Assembly (NCBI GenBank): GCA_026418195.1
Contig: JAOABU010000116.1
Location: 2,977-66,976, forward strand
DNA from: Spirochaetota bacterium
Lineage (GTDB): Bacteria > Spirochaetota > Spirochaetia > DTKZ01
Reading direction: 5' to 3'
DNA: 64,000 bases
Shown here: piece after piece, positions 47,005 to 55,825 of the stretch
Numbering within the stretch: position 1 is the stretch's first letter
How the letters are laid out: every line of letters begins with the position of its first letter
Translations under genes and position numbers: made by a program
Notes under the pieces: model-generated
Told to the model about the DNA's origin: nothing
The model's database searches: none
The model's input: the letters and a program-made list of their open reading frames with translations, nothing else

Positions 47005-48608
47005 AAACTCTCACCTCGATTTTAAGAATTGTTGCCCTTCTTTTCCTTTTCGGAAATCCTTCGGCCCTAGTCGCTCAAATGGAACAACCTCCTGAGACGC
47101 CAGAATCTCCCGAAGTTCTTCTGCCCACGATGGTGTTGGAAGCGGAAGCTCGTGAGGACCTGTTCTTTGTTCCACTTCCTCTTTTTGCGGAGCCACGAAT
47201 GGAACTGCCTTCGCCTTTAAAAGAGATCGAGGCACCCCTTGTCTTTCCTCCAGATTTCCTTTCCGTTTCGATTTCACCTACCGAACCTATCTCGACATCC
47301 AAAGAGAAGACATCCCTATACACGGAAGGAACTTTAGGGGTAGGCACGATGGCTAGTTTAGAGGGAGCGCTTTCCCTCTTCCAACGTGGAGAAGATAGTA
47401 AACTGAATCTTAAATTCTCCCATCGATCCAGGGACGGATATCAGTTCCACAAACCCGGTAATGGGTATTTTGATCGACAGGCACAAATCATGGGAGAAGG
47501 AGGGTGGAGCCTTTCCAGAGCGACAGAGATGGGGATGGTCGGAAGCATCGAAGAGAGGGAAATAGGATTACAGGGGGTTTCGGTCTCGTACTCGAATCTA
47601 TACCGTTTCGTGCATGGGAAGGGCTCCCTTACACATCGTTTTACCGATACCGTTCACCTTTCTACAGAGCTAGGGATAGATTACGCCAACCGTCTATTGA
47701 CAGGAACGGTTCCCAAGGATCGATCGGAAACCTTAACCAAGACTATCCTTCGCTTGGTTTATGGGAAAGAAAAAGGGGCCCTTACATTGGAGGGTTCTGT
47801 CAGGGGAGGTACGTATTCGGAGCTTTCTGAACGAGGGTTTTGGGGAGGAGGAACAACCCTGAACGGAGAGTGGACTCCTATACCCCAAGTATCCATTGCG
47901 GGAGGGATAGGAATCTTCTGGCTGGATCAGTTGGAAGTTCCTTTTCATGTAGACTTACGGGTGAAACCTCAGGAAGAACTCCTGTTTACGGTTCAAAGTA
48001 CATACATGGTGGATACAGTATCCTATGGAATCCTATGGAAAGAAGTCGGTCCTGTTGCTCAGTTCCATTCTCTCATCCATCCCAAAACATTTACCTTAGG
48101 ATTCCGAGGAGAAATGAAAGGGTTAAGAGATCGAACGTTGATAGCTATGCAAGGAGAATGGCAAAGGCGGTTCAATGGTTTGCAACTCCTTCCGTATGAT
48201 ACAGGAAATGAGCATTTCCCGTTAAATACAGGTTCTCTTTCCACATATAAGGTACAGGTAGAAGGATCCTATAACCTTTCCCCCGGGATTCTGGGATCTA
48301 TCAAATGGATCTGGCTCCTAAGAGACCGAGCGCTTCTAGAGAAAGAACATACCCTAGAGGGGAGTCTCCGGATCGCTCCGGAAAAACGACCTTTTGGGGG
48401 ATCTATTTCTGGGGTATGGGTCACAAGCGAGGGAACCGCTCTTCCTAATTTAACCATCGGAGGGTATTATAGACCGAGGGAGAATGTGGAAATTTCCCTG
48501 AAGCTTGAGGATGTTCTATACCCCTTTAGTTCGAATAGTCGATTCTTTATCGATCCCTTCATTACCCCTGGATTTAGGATTCTGTTAAACACAACGATTA
48601 CGTTCTAA
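47001..48608 (+). CDS. putative outer-membrane beta-barrel protein
   Basis: 535 aa. Signal peptide, alternating hydrophobic/polar beta-strand pattern rich in G/S/T/Y, and a C-terminal ...NTTITF aromatic terminus typical of outer-membrane barrels. The start overlaps the TPR gene stop (ATGA). Confidence 0.5.
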   Translation: MKTLTSILRIVALLFLFGNPSALVAQMEQPPETPESPEVLLPTMVLEAEAREDLFFVPLPLFAEPRMELPSPLKEIEAPLVFPPDFLSVSISPTEPISTSKEKTSLYTEGTLGVGTMASLEGALSLFQRGEDSKLNLKFSHRSRDGYQFHKPGNGYFDRQAQIMGEGGWSLSRATEMGMVGSIEEREIGLQGVSVSYSNLYRFVHGKGSLTHRFTDTVHLSTELGIDYANRLLTGTVPKDRSETLTKTILRLVYGKEKGALTLEGSVRGGTYSELSERGFWGGGTTLNGEWTPIPQVSIAGGIGIFWLDQLEVPFHVDLRVKPQEELLFTVQSTYMVDTVSYGILWKEVGPVAQFHSLIHPKTFTLGFRGEMKGLRDRTLIAMQGEWQRRFNGLQLLPYDTGNEHFPLNTGSLSTYKVQVEGSYNLSPGILGSIKWIWLLRDRALLEKEHTLEGSLRIAPEKRPFGGSISGVWVTSEGTALPNLTIGGYYRPRENVEISLKLEDVLYPFSSNSRFFIDPFITPGFRILLNTTITF

Positions 48609-48614
48609 GGAGAA

Positions 48615-49244
48615 GTGCGCATGGTAGAATTGATTCAGAAAGGTGGAATAATTCTGGTACTGATTATAGGGCTTGCCTTTATAGCTACTGTGATCATCAT
48701 TGAACGCCTTATATACTTTCGCAGGATACGGATAGACGAGGAGAAAATACTGTTTCGTCTAAAAGCGACCTTAGAAAAAGGACACTATGATGAGGCGATC
48801 AGTATTTGTGAAGGGAATCCTTCCCCTATAACCAATCTGATGAAGGTGGGATTGGAGTACAAGGATCATTCGGAAGAACGAATAAAGGATGCCATCGTCA
48901 GTGCAGCCAATATGGAGATCCCACGGTTAGAGAGATACCTTTCTGCCCTAGGAACCATCGCCAACATTGCTACCTTGTTGGGACCGCTTGGAACAGTAAC
49001 AGGGAATATTCATTCGTTTGGGGTTCTAGGTACCATGGGGGCTGTAGGCGACCCTAGCCTGCTAGCTAAAGGGATAGCAGAAGCCCTTCTTACAACTGCA
49101 GCTGGGTTGATCGTTTCCATCCCTACCATCGTATTCTATAATTATCTGGTAAACAGGGTGAATCACATGATCATTCGATTGGAAAACCGGGTCACTGAAC
49201 TGGTATTGATTTTGGTAAAGACCAAAGGGAAGGACCCTTCCTAG
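48615..49244 (+). CDS. MotA/TolQ/ExbB-family proton channel
   Basis: 209 aa. Three TM helices with the conserved ...LGTIANIATLLGPLGTVTG... segment of the ExbB/TolQ family. Confidence 0.8.
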   Translation: MRMVELIQKGGIILVLIIGLAFIATVIIIERLIYFRRIRIDEEKILFRLKATLEKGHYDEAISICEGNPSPITNLMKVGLEYKDHSEERIKDAIVSAANMEIPRLERYLSALGTIANIATLLGPLGTVTGNIHSFGVLGTMGAVGDPSLLAKGIAEALLTTAAGLIVSIPTIVFYNYLVNRVNHMIIRLENRVTELVLILVKTKGKDPS

Positions 49245-49253
49245 GAGGTACCG

Positions 49254-49685
49254 ATGGAGTTTGGGAGACGCCTTAAACCCGCCGTTCATCTAGATCTAAT
49301 CCCCATGATCGATGTAGTGTTTCAGTTAGTCCTATTCTTTCTGGTTAGTACCACCTTTATCATCACCCCGGGGATCAATCTGAACCTCCCCCGATCGCAA
49401 ACATCCGAACCTGTACTGGTATCGAAAATGGTGATTACTGTCCTGTCCGAAGAGGAAATCTACCTTAACAAGGTGAGATACACACTGCGGACCTTGGAGC
49501 CTCCATTAGCAGCCATGACGAGGGAACAGAAAGAGCAGGTATCCTCAGTGTTGATCGAGGGGGACGAACGGGTTTCATACCGGACCCTCATTGGGGTCCT
49601 GGATATATTACGGAAGCAGGGATTCCGGGGAATCGGATTGAAAACAATGGATCTACGGTTGTTGGATAAGAAGGGTTCCCCATGA
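49254..49685 (+). CDS. ExbD/TolR-family protein
   Basis: 143 aa. Single N-terminal TM (LIPMIDVVFQLVLFFLV with the conserved Asp) plus a periplasmic domain. Confidence 0.75.
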   Translation: MEFGRRLKPAVHLDLIPMIDVVFQLVLFFLVSTTFIITPGINLNLPRSQTSEPVLVSKMVITVLSEEEIYLNKVRYTLRTLEPPLAAMTREQKEQVSSVLIEGDERVSYRTLIGVLDILRKQGFRGIGLKTMDLRLLDKKGSP

Positions 49686-50725
49686 CTCTACTTGATCGAG
49701 ATAAGGAAAGACTTTTCTTTAGTGTGTTCCTATCCTGCCTCCTCTTCATTCTCTTGTATTTCTTTCTTGACCTCTTCATCAAACTGCCCTTGACTCCATT
49801 TCCTGAAACAACCACCCTCCTTTTGTTAGACCTTCAAACCGATCAATTTTTAGGTGAGACTGAAAGGAAAGAAACAGTTACTCCTCTCTCTCCCCCTATC
49901 AAAGAGGTGCTTCCTCCTACCCCTGAACCCCAAACCACACCCCAAAGAGCTCCTTCTGTCCCCTCCTCTCCCATGTCAAAAAATCAGCCTCCTCAACCTG
50001 TTCCCCGGGGATCAACGGGGGATCAAACGGTCGAGCCACGGGTCGAACGGTCTCCGTATCCATTACGCTCAGAACCTATTCCCCCAACTCCTCCTAGAAT
50101 TCAACCCTATACCCCATCAGAGACACGGGATCCTGCGATAGCTGAGAGAGAGTTCCTCCAAGCAGAGATGGCCCGATTAGAGACATGGTTACGAGAACAT
50201 GCTCCCCAACCGTCTCCTTCCTCTGTCCTGCCTGTGCCGAAGGTAGAACAAACTCCTTCCACCCCCGTTGACTCTTCGGTGCAGAAAGTTACCGAGCAAT
50301 TGGAAGTCATCAAACGTCGTCTAGAACAACTTCAGGCTGCTTCGAGTACTCCTCAGAAAACCCAACAAGAAGGGAAAGAACCTTTTTCTCAGGAACCCCT
50401 TAAACCGATCTACGATCGGGAAGGGAGAGAAATTGGGAGGGGAGAACTGAAAGGGAGGGTACCGATGTTTCCTCTAAATATGGGAAGGATCCTACCCGAG
50501 GATTTCGAAGGCTTTCCCATACAGAACCTGGAACTTAGAGCTGAGTTTCTTATTGGGGAATCGGGGCTCTTAGAACCGGGAAGCTTGAAAATTTTTGGAG
50601 ATAGCAGATATACTAGGATCGTCGAGAAGGTCCGGTCGGCTCTAGAGAAATGGAGGTTCGATTCAAGGCCGGGTATGAGGACTCCAGCGGTCATTCATTT
50701 CTTGATCAAGGTTAGAGGGATGTGA
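49682..50725 (+). CDS. TonB/TolA-like energy transducer (N-terminal TM, Pro-rich spacer, C-terminal domain)
   Basis: 347 aa. TM anchor, long Pro/Thr/Glu-rich region, and a C-terminal roughly 90-aa domain of TonB-C-like size and character. The start overlaps the exbD stop (ATGA). Confidence 0.5.
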   Translation: MTLLDRDKERLFFSVFLSCLLFILLYFFLDLFIKLPLTPFPETTTLLLLDLQTDQFLGETERKETVTPLSPPIKEVLPPTPEPQTTPQRAPSVPSSPMSKNQPPQPVPRGSTGDQTVEPRVERSPYPLRSEPIPPTPPRIQPYTPSETRDPAIAEREFLQAEMARLETWLREHAPQPSPSSVLPVPKVEQTPSTPVDSSVQKVTEQLEVIKRRLEQLQAASSTPQKTQQEGKEPFSQEPLKPIYDREGREIGRGELKGRVPMFPLNMGRILPEDFEGFPIQNLELRAEFLIGESGLLEPGSLKIFGDSRYTRIVEKVRSALEKWRFDSRPGMRTPAVIHFLIKVRGM

Positions 50726-50740
50726 GGGGAAAGGGGGGAA

Positions 50741-51406
50741 ATGAAACTAAAACTTGTAGCCTTCGATGTAGATGGTACCCTTTACCCCAATGGGATCATG
50801 TACCTGCGATCCTTACCGTTCGGAATCGCCCATTTCAGAAAACTCCTTGCCTTTGCTCGGGTTCGAAAAAGAATACGTACCATCAAACCGGTTCATGATT
50901 TCTATCGGTTGCAGGCGGAGTTGTTTGCCAGTTATATGGATCTCTCTGTCTCTGAAGCTAAGGAACAGATTCAACGGGTGTTTTACTCTCAATGGGAAGA
51001 AGTGGTCCTAGATATCAAACCGTACCCTTATCTTCTGGATGTACTCCTTCATCTAAAATCAAAAGGGTACAAATTGGCAATCCTATCCGATTTTCCCATC
51101 GGGAACAAACTCAAATATCTAGGTTTGGATTCGATTTGGGATGCTGCGTATTCTTGTGAAGAAATCGGATATTTAAAGCCCAATCCAGAACCCTTCAAGC
51201 TGTTAGCTGCTCATTTTGAAGTTCAACCTCATGAAGTGCTTTATGTGGGAAACAATTATCGGTACGATATTGAAGGAGCAAAGCGGGTAGGATTCCATAC
51301 TGCATATCTTCATCGCTTGCCAACATGGTGTCCTGCGGCCGATTTTAGGTTTTCTGATTATAGACAACTTTTGAAATGGGTGGAATCAATACAGGAAAAG
51401 GAATAG
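50741..51406 (+). CDS. HAD-superfamily hydrolase
   Basis: 221 aa. Motif I VAFDVDGTLY at the N-terminus, and a later SDFP / GNNYRYDIEGA (motif III/IV-like) segment. Confidence 0.7.
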   Translation: MKLKLVAFDVDGTLYPNGIMYLRSLPFGIAHFRKLLAFARVRKRIRTIKPVHDFYRLQAELFASYMDLSVSEAKEQIQRVFYSQWEEVVLDIKPYPYLLDVLLHLKSKGYKLAILSDFPIGNKLKYLGLDSIWDAAYSCEEIGYLKPNPEPFKLLAAHFEVQPHEVLYVGNNYRYDIEGAKRVGFHTAYLHRLPTWCPAADFRFSDYRQLLKWVESIQEKE

Positions 51407-51422
51407 GTAAACTGGGAGGGGA

Positions 51423-54400
51423 ATGGGTATGGTATTCACGGTAGGAAACCTGCTTGTAATTGGCATTGTTCTTGTCATTCTCGCCATATTTCGTCAGCTC
51501 GATCGGAACAGTAAGACTCTCGATAAAGTAAGACGGTACGCAGAAAAAGCCAAGGAAGAGTTGGATAAAGTGGTCCTGGAACGAGTCCAGAACCTGAAAG
51601 ATTTGGCCATTGAATTGGATATTCACCAGAAAGCGGGGAAAGAGATCCTGAAGCGAATCCAAACGATAGAAGAGGGAATCCAGGAAAAATTTGCTGCCGT
51701 CGACACGATCGGGACTCGGATCAAGGATTACGACAAGGTACTTTCTGATCTGATCGAGATGACAAAGAGAGCGGAGGAGAATATACAGCGATTGAAGGAG
51801 GAATCCATCTTTGTGGACGACACGGCTAAGAAGATCAAAGTTCTTCAATCGAAAATGGATACTCAGGAAGCCAGGATCCCGGAGATGGTTCGTCAGTTCG
51901 AAGCTCTCAATGGAAAGAGCCTGGAATCGGTAAAAGAACAGGTTCTTTCTGCGACGGATAAATCGGTGTCTTATCTGGAATCCCGGGTCGCAGAGGCCAT
52001 GGCAAAAACGGATGAACTTGTACTGTTCTTGCAGAACTCTGAGCGAACGCTTCGAGAGGAGGCAGGTTCCTTCGAAGGGAACTTACGAAAAACGGCGGAA
52101 GATCTGGTAGCAGAAGTAGCGAATCGATTGGCCGACCTAGAACGATCTTATTATGAGCGACTTGAGGAAGTAGCTCGGAAAGGGGAACTGCTGGAGACGA
52201 AAGCGCTCCAGAAGCTGAAGGAGCATGTGGAAGAGAAGATGAAGTCTGCATACCGGGATCTTTCTACTCAGATAGAAGCGGAAAAAGCTACCTTGAAATC
52301 CCAGATGGATGAACTGGAAACAAAAATCTATCAAATGGAACAGGAGATCGAATCTTCTTTTACGGCTGTACGGAACAAGAGTTCAGCTGTTGCAGCATCT
52401 TTGGAAGAGGAGTTACGAGCAAATTTCGAGAAACACACCGGTGAAATGAAGGAAGCCTTCATTTCAGCTCAAATCAACCTCGAGAATACACTCTCCCAAT
52501 TCACCGAAGAGACTTCTAAGAAAACTTCCCTTATAGATGATAAAATTCATTCTCTCGATACGTATGTCCAAGCCTATCTACAGGAAGTTGGAGACAAGAT
52601 CCTTCAGGGAAGACAAAACGTAGAGCTCTTTTCTCAAGAGGTTAGAAAGCGAATGGATACTCTTTCTGAAGAGCTAACGAAGAAACAAGCTGAAATGGAA
52701 GCCTCTTTCAAGGCAGAGTTTGCTTCCCTGCAGGAAGTCCGGGAAGAGTTGACGAAGAACATGGAGCATCTGCGATCTACCTTACTCAACGAGGCTAAAA
52801 CCTTCGAAGCTCTCTTGAAACGTACCTACCAAGAAGGAGAAGAAAAGATTTTAAGACAAGGAGAAGAACTGGAAACCCGAGTTCTTCAGAAATTGGAATC
52901 CAAACTACAAGAACAAGAGAGGGAGTTCTCCTATCGGTTTGCCAAGATAGAAGAGGTATCTGGTGAGATCGATAACTTAGAGAATAACCTCCGTACCTTT
53001 ATGGAGAGAACCAAGGTAAGGCTTCAGGAAGATTTCACCAACTTTGGTAAACAGTTGCATGCTCAAAGGTTGAAGGATCAGGAAGAAGTCACCAAAGCTA
53101 TGTCAGAGTTACGAAATGCCATGGCAGAACTGGAAAAAGGATTGGCAGATTTAAAAGCCAGAGCCTACGAGAACGTATCAGAAAAATTGAAGGTATTCGA
53201 GGATGAGTTCTTCCAGGATCTCAAGAACCGTGACCAACTGATGCAATCTAAGTTCATGGAATGGCAGAACAAGGTAGATGGAGCATTGGACTCTTTGATG
53301 GCAGAAGAGGTAAAAGAACGGAGAAAAATCGAGGAGAGGTACACGACAGAACTTTCCTCCGTATTGCAGGATTTTCAACAACGGTTCCTTCTTCAAGTTG
53401 AAACTTTAAATACTGAGGTGGAAGGTTTCCGAAAGCAGACGGAGTTCCGTATTCGAGAGTTTGAGAAGAATCTGCAACAGTATCGAGAGGAAATGGTTCG
53501 GGGAATCGAAGAAAGCAAATCAGCTTCATTGGGAACCTTCTCCGAAGAGTTTGCCCGGCATCAGAAGGTTCTAAAAGAAGAAATGGAACGCTTCTACAAA
53601 GAGTACGAGAACCGTCTCAAGACGATCCTGGATACTTTCGAGGCACAGAAACGAGAATTGGAAGGAGTGTTGGAGAATGTACGGTCCGATGTCACTCTGT
53701 GGCAAGCGAAGGTGGGGCAAGATCTGAAAGCTAGTGAAGCAGAAATAAACAATCAGTTTTCTGGATTTAAGGTCCAGATCTCCAATACAATAGGATCTCT
53801 AAGAGATGAGTTTATTAAGCAAAAGAATGATCTGATCGTGGCTACAGAAGAGGAACGAAAACGGTTGAAAGAAGAGTTGATGTCTTTGGCAGAAGGAATC
53901 GATACATTGGAAGAGTCCTTACACAAGAAGACAGAAGAGGCCCTATCCGCTTTCCGGGAAGGCTATGAAAGTTTCCAAGAAGAGTTTCAACGAAAGGTCA
54001 AGGAACTCCAAACAGAAGCAGAAGGCAAAGTACGGGATGTGCGGGCATACATGAAGGATACCCAAGAGAGGTTCGAGGCCTTACATCAGAAACTATTTGG
54101 GAAATTAGAGGAAAGTACAAAGTTGCTCACGTTGAATCTTTCAGAAATCGAGAAGAGGCAAAAAGCGTTTGTGGAACAAACCAAGATATTCGATCGCGCG
54201 GATGCTCTGAAACAGACTCTCTTGGAACAGATCGAAGAAATGAAACGGGATCTCCAACGGATCGAAGAGGATCGAAAAGAATTGAAGGAAACAGAAGCCC
54301 AGTTCTTACGGGTGAAAAAGCTAGGGGAGGAAGCTACGGAAAAATTGGCTCGATTTACTGCGGAGAAGAGACGAATCGATTCCATCGAAGAAGACTTTAA

Positions 54401-55061
54401 ACGATTGATGGCCATGTCAGAAGGAATCGAACTGAAATTGAGACAGGTTGCCACTTCAGAGGATGGAATCCAGTCTATCCAAGCGAATCTTCGGAGTTTG
54501 CAGAGTCTACAGCAGGATGTGGAAACCCGGTTCGAACGGCTGGAAAAGAAACGAAAGTTCTTGGATCTCACCCTCGAGGGAATCGATAAGAACTTTCAGA
54601 CCCTTCAGGAAATGGAACGTCGTATGAGTTCCATTGAACAAGAATTGAAGGAATTACCCGATGCCGTACAGAGTTTGGGAAGACAACTACAGATCCTTTC
54701 GGAGGGAAAAGGGCGGGCAGAGGAAACGATCCAAAGAATTTCTCAAATCGATGGATTGATGAAAGACCTAGAGACTAGGGCAGCGAACCTGTTGAAAGCT
54801 AGAGAGTGGTTAGCCAAAACGGAAACTAGGCTGCAAGAACTCAGTCGAGAAGCTCAAGACCAGGTGAAACTCCTCGGGTCTCTGTTAAAGGAAGGAGCCA
54901 AAAGCCCTGGTAAAAGCGAACGAGGTGCTCCATCCCTCAGTGCTAGGGAAACGGTCACAAAGTTAGCCCATCAGGGATGGACGGTGGAACAGATCGCGAC
55001 CGCTACAAAACTAAGTAGAGGAGAGGTAGAGTTGATATTGGAGCTTTCAGGAAAATCTTGA
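51423..55061 (+). CDS. giant membrane-anchored coiled-coil protein with C-terminal LuxR/sigma-r4-like HTH
   Basis: 1212 aa. N-terminal TM helix (VFTVGNLLVIGIVLVILAIF), about 1100 aa of E/K/L/Q-rich heptad-like sequence with no Walker motifs, and a C-terminal ...LSARETVTKLAHQGWTVEQIATATKLSRGEVELILEL resembling an HTH. Confidence 0.7.
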   Translation: MGMVFTVGNLLVIGIVLVILAIFRQLDRNSKTLDKVRRYAEKAKEELDKVVLERVQNLKDLAIELDIHQKAGKEILKRIQTIEEGIQEKFAAVDTIGTRIKDYDKVLSDLIEMTKRAEENIQRLKEESIFVDDTAKKIKVLQSKMDTQEARIPEMVRQFEALNGKSLESVKEQVLSATDKSVSYLESRVAEAMAKTDELVLFLQNSERTLREEAGSFEGNLRKTAEDLVAEVANRLADLERSYYERLEEVARKGELLETKALQKLKEHVEEKMKSAYRDLSTQIEAEKATLKSQMDELETKIYQMEQEIESSFTAVRNKSSAVAASLEEELRANFEKHTGEMKEAFISAQINLENTLSQFTEETSKKTSLIDDKIHSLDTYVQAYLQEVGDKILQGRQNVELFSQEVRKRMDTLSEELTKKQAEMEASFKAEFASLQEVREELTKNMEHLRSTLLNEAKTFEALLKRTYQEGEEKILRQGEELETRVLQKLESKLQEQEREFSYRFAKIEEVSGEIDNLENNLRTFMERTKVRLQEDFTNFGKQLHAQRLKDQEEVTKAMSELRNAMAELEKGLADLKARAYENVSEKLKVFEDEFFQDLKNRDQLMQSKFMEWQNKVDGALDSLMAEEVKERRKIEERYTTELSSVLQDFQQRFLLQVETLNTEVEGFRKQTEFRIREFEKNLQQYREEMVRGIEESKSASLGTFSEEFARHQKVLKEEMERFYKEYENRLKTILDTFEAQKRELEGVLENVRSDVTLWQAKVGQDLKASEAEINNQFSGFKVQISNTIGSLRDEFIKQKNDLIVATEEERKRLKEELMSLAEGIDTLEESLHKKTEEALSAFREGYESFQEEFQRKVKELQTEAEGKVRDVRAYMKDTQERFEALHQKLFGKLEESTKLLTLNLSEIEKRQKAFVEQTKIFDRADALKQTLLEQIEEMKRDLQRIEEDRKELKETEAQFLRVKKLGEEATEKLARFTAEKRRIDSIEEDFKRLMAMSEGIELKLRQVATSEDGIQSIQANLRSLQSLQQDVETRFERLEKKRKFLDLTLEGIDKNFQTLQEMERRMSSIEQELKELPDAVQSLGRQLQILSEGKGRAEETIQRISQIDGLMKDLETRAANLLKAREWLAKTETRLQELSREAQDQVKLLGSLLKEGAKSPGKSERGAPSLSARETVTKLAHQGWTVEQIATATKLSRGEVELILELSGKS

Positions 55062-55121
55062 CGACTCTTTCCATGGTTAGTATTTTTTAGTTGAAACCAA
55101 ATCGCCATCCGAGGAAAAATC

Positions 55122-55793
55122 ATGTCGGACAATCGAGAAGAATGGAAAGAACAACAGCAAGAGGAGGAAAAAACTATTCTGAATCAAGAACCAAGGAACG
55201 ATAACGGTTCTTCCCCTGTTGTTGAGGAATGTAAACCCCAAACGCAGGAGGAAGAAACCCTGGAACAGAAGTTACAAGCTAAAGATAAGCGCATTAAAGA
55301 ATTAGAAGAAGAGAATCTTTTATTGAAGGACCAGTATCTTCGAAAAGCAGCGGAGTTTGAAAATTTCCGCAAACGAATGTTGAAGGAGAAGCAAGAAGCC
55401 ATTCAATTTGCCAATCGACAACTTCTCCTGGATCTGGTCCATATTCTGGATGATTTTGAAAGGGCCATTAAATCGGCAGAAAACTCGAAAGATTTCAATT
55501 CCTTCCATGAAGGAATTTTGATGATCGAGAAGCGACTGTATGAATTGTTGGAGAGAAAATGGGGGTTGAAACGGTTGGAATCTGTAGGTCAACCCTTCGA
55601 TCCGACCAAACATGAAGCAATCACTAGCGAAGAACGGCCGGATCATGACGTATCGATCGTCCTAGAGGATTACCAGAAAGGGTATAGCCTCCACGATAAG
55701 GTCATTCGAACAGCAAAAGTGAAAGTGTCCTTGCCTAAAGCAAAGGACACTTCCACTGTCAATAATGAACAGAACACTATGGCGGGGACTTAA
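55122..55793 (+). CDS. grpE: nucleotide exchange factor GrpE
   Basis: 223 aa. Acidic N-terminus, coiled-coil, and the GrpE core (...DQYLRKAAEFENFRKR...). Confidence 0.85.
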   Translation: MSDNREEWKEQQQEEEKTILNQEPRNDNGSSPVVEECKPQTQEEETLEQKLQAKDKRIKELEEENLLLKDQYLRKAAEFENFRKRMLKEKQEAIQFANRQLLLDLVHILDDFERAIKSAENSKDFNSFHEGILMIEKRLYELLERKWGLKRLESVGQPFDPTKHEAITSEERPDHDVSIVLEDYQKGYSLHDKVIRTAKVKVSLPKAKDTSTVNNEQNTMAGT

Positions 55794-55825
55794 CCGTCGT
55801 TTTCTAAAAGAGAGGAGCACGTACT

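Noticed and set aside
55062-55121. Looked for a CIRCE element (TTAGCACTC-N9-GAGTGCTAA) and an hrcA gene upstream of grpE
   Set aside because: Neither is present. The spacer contains no inverted repeat of that type. I report this absence as context for the coiled-coil/HTH finding rather than as a feature.
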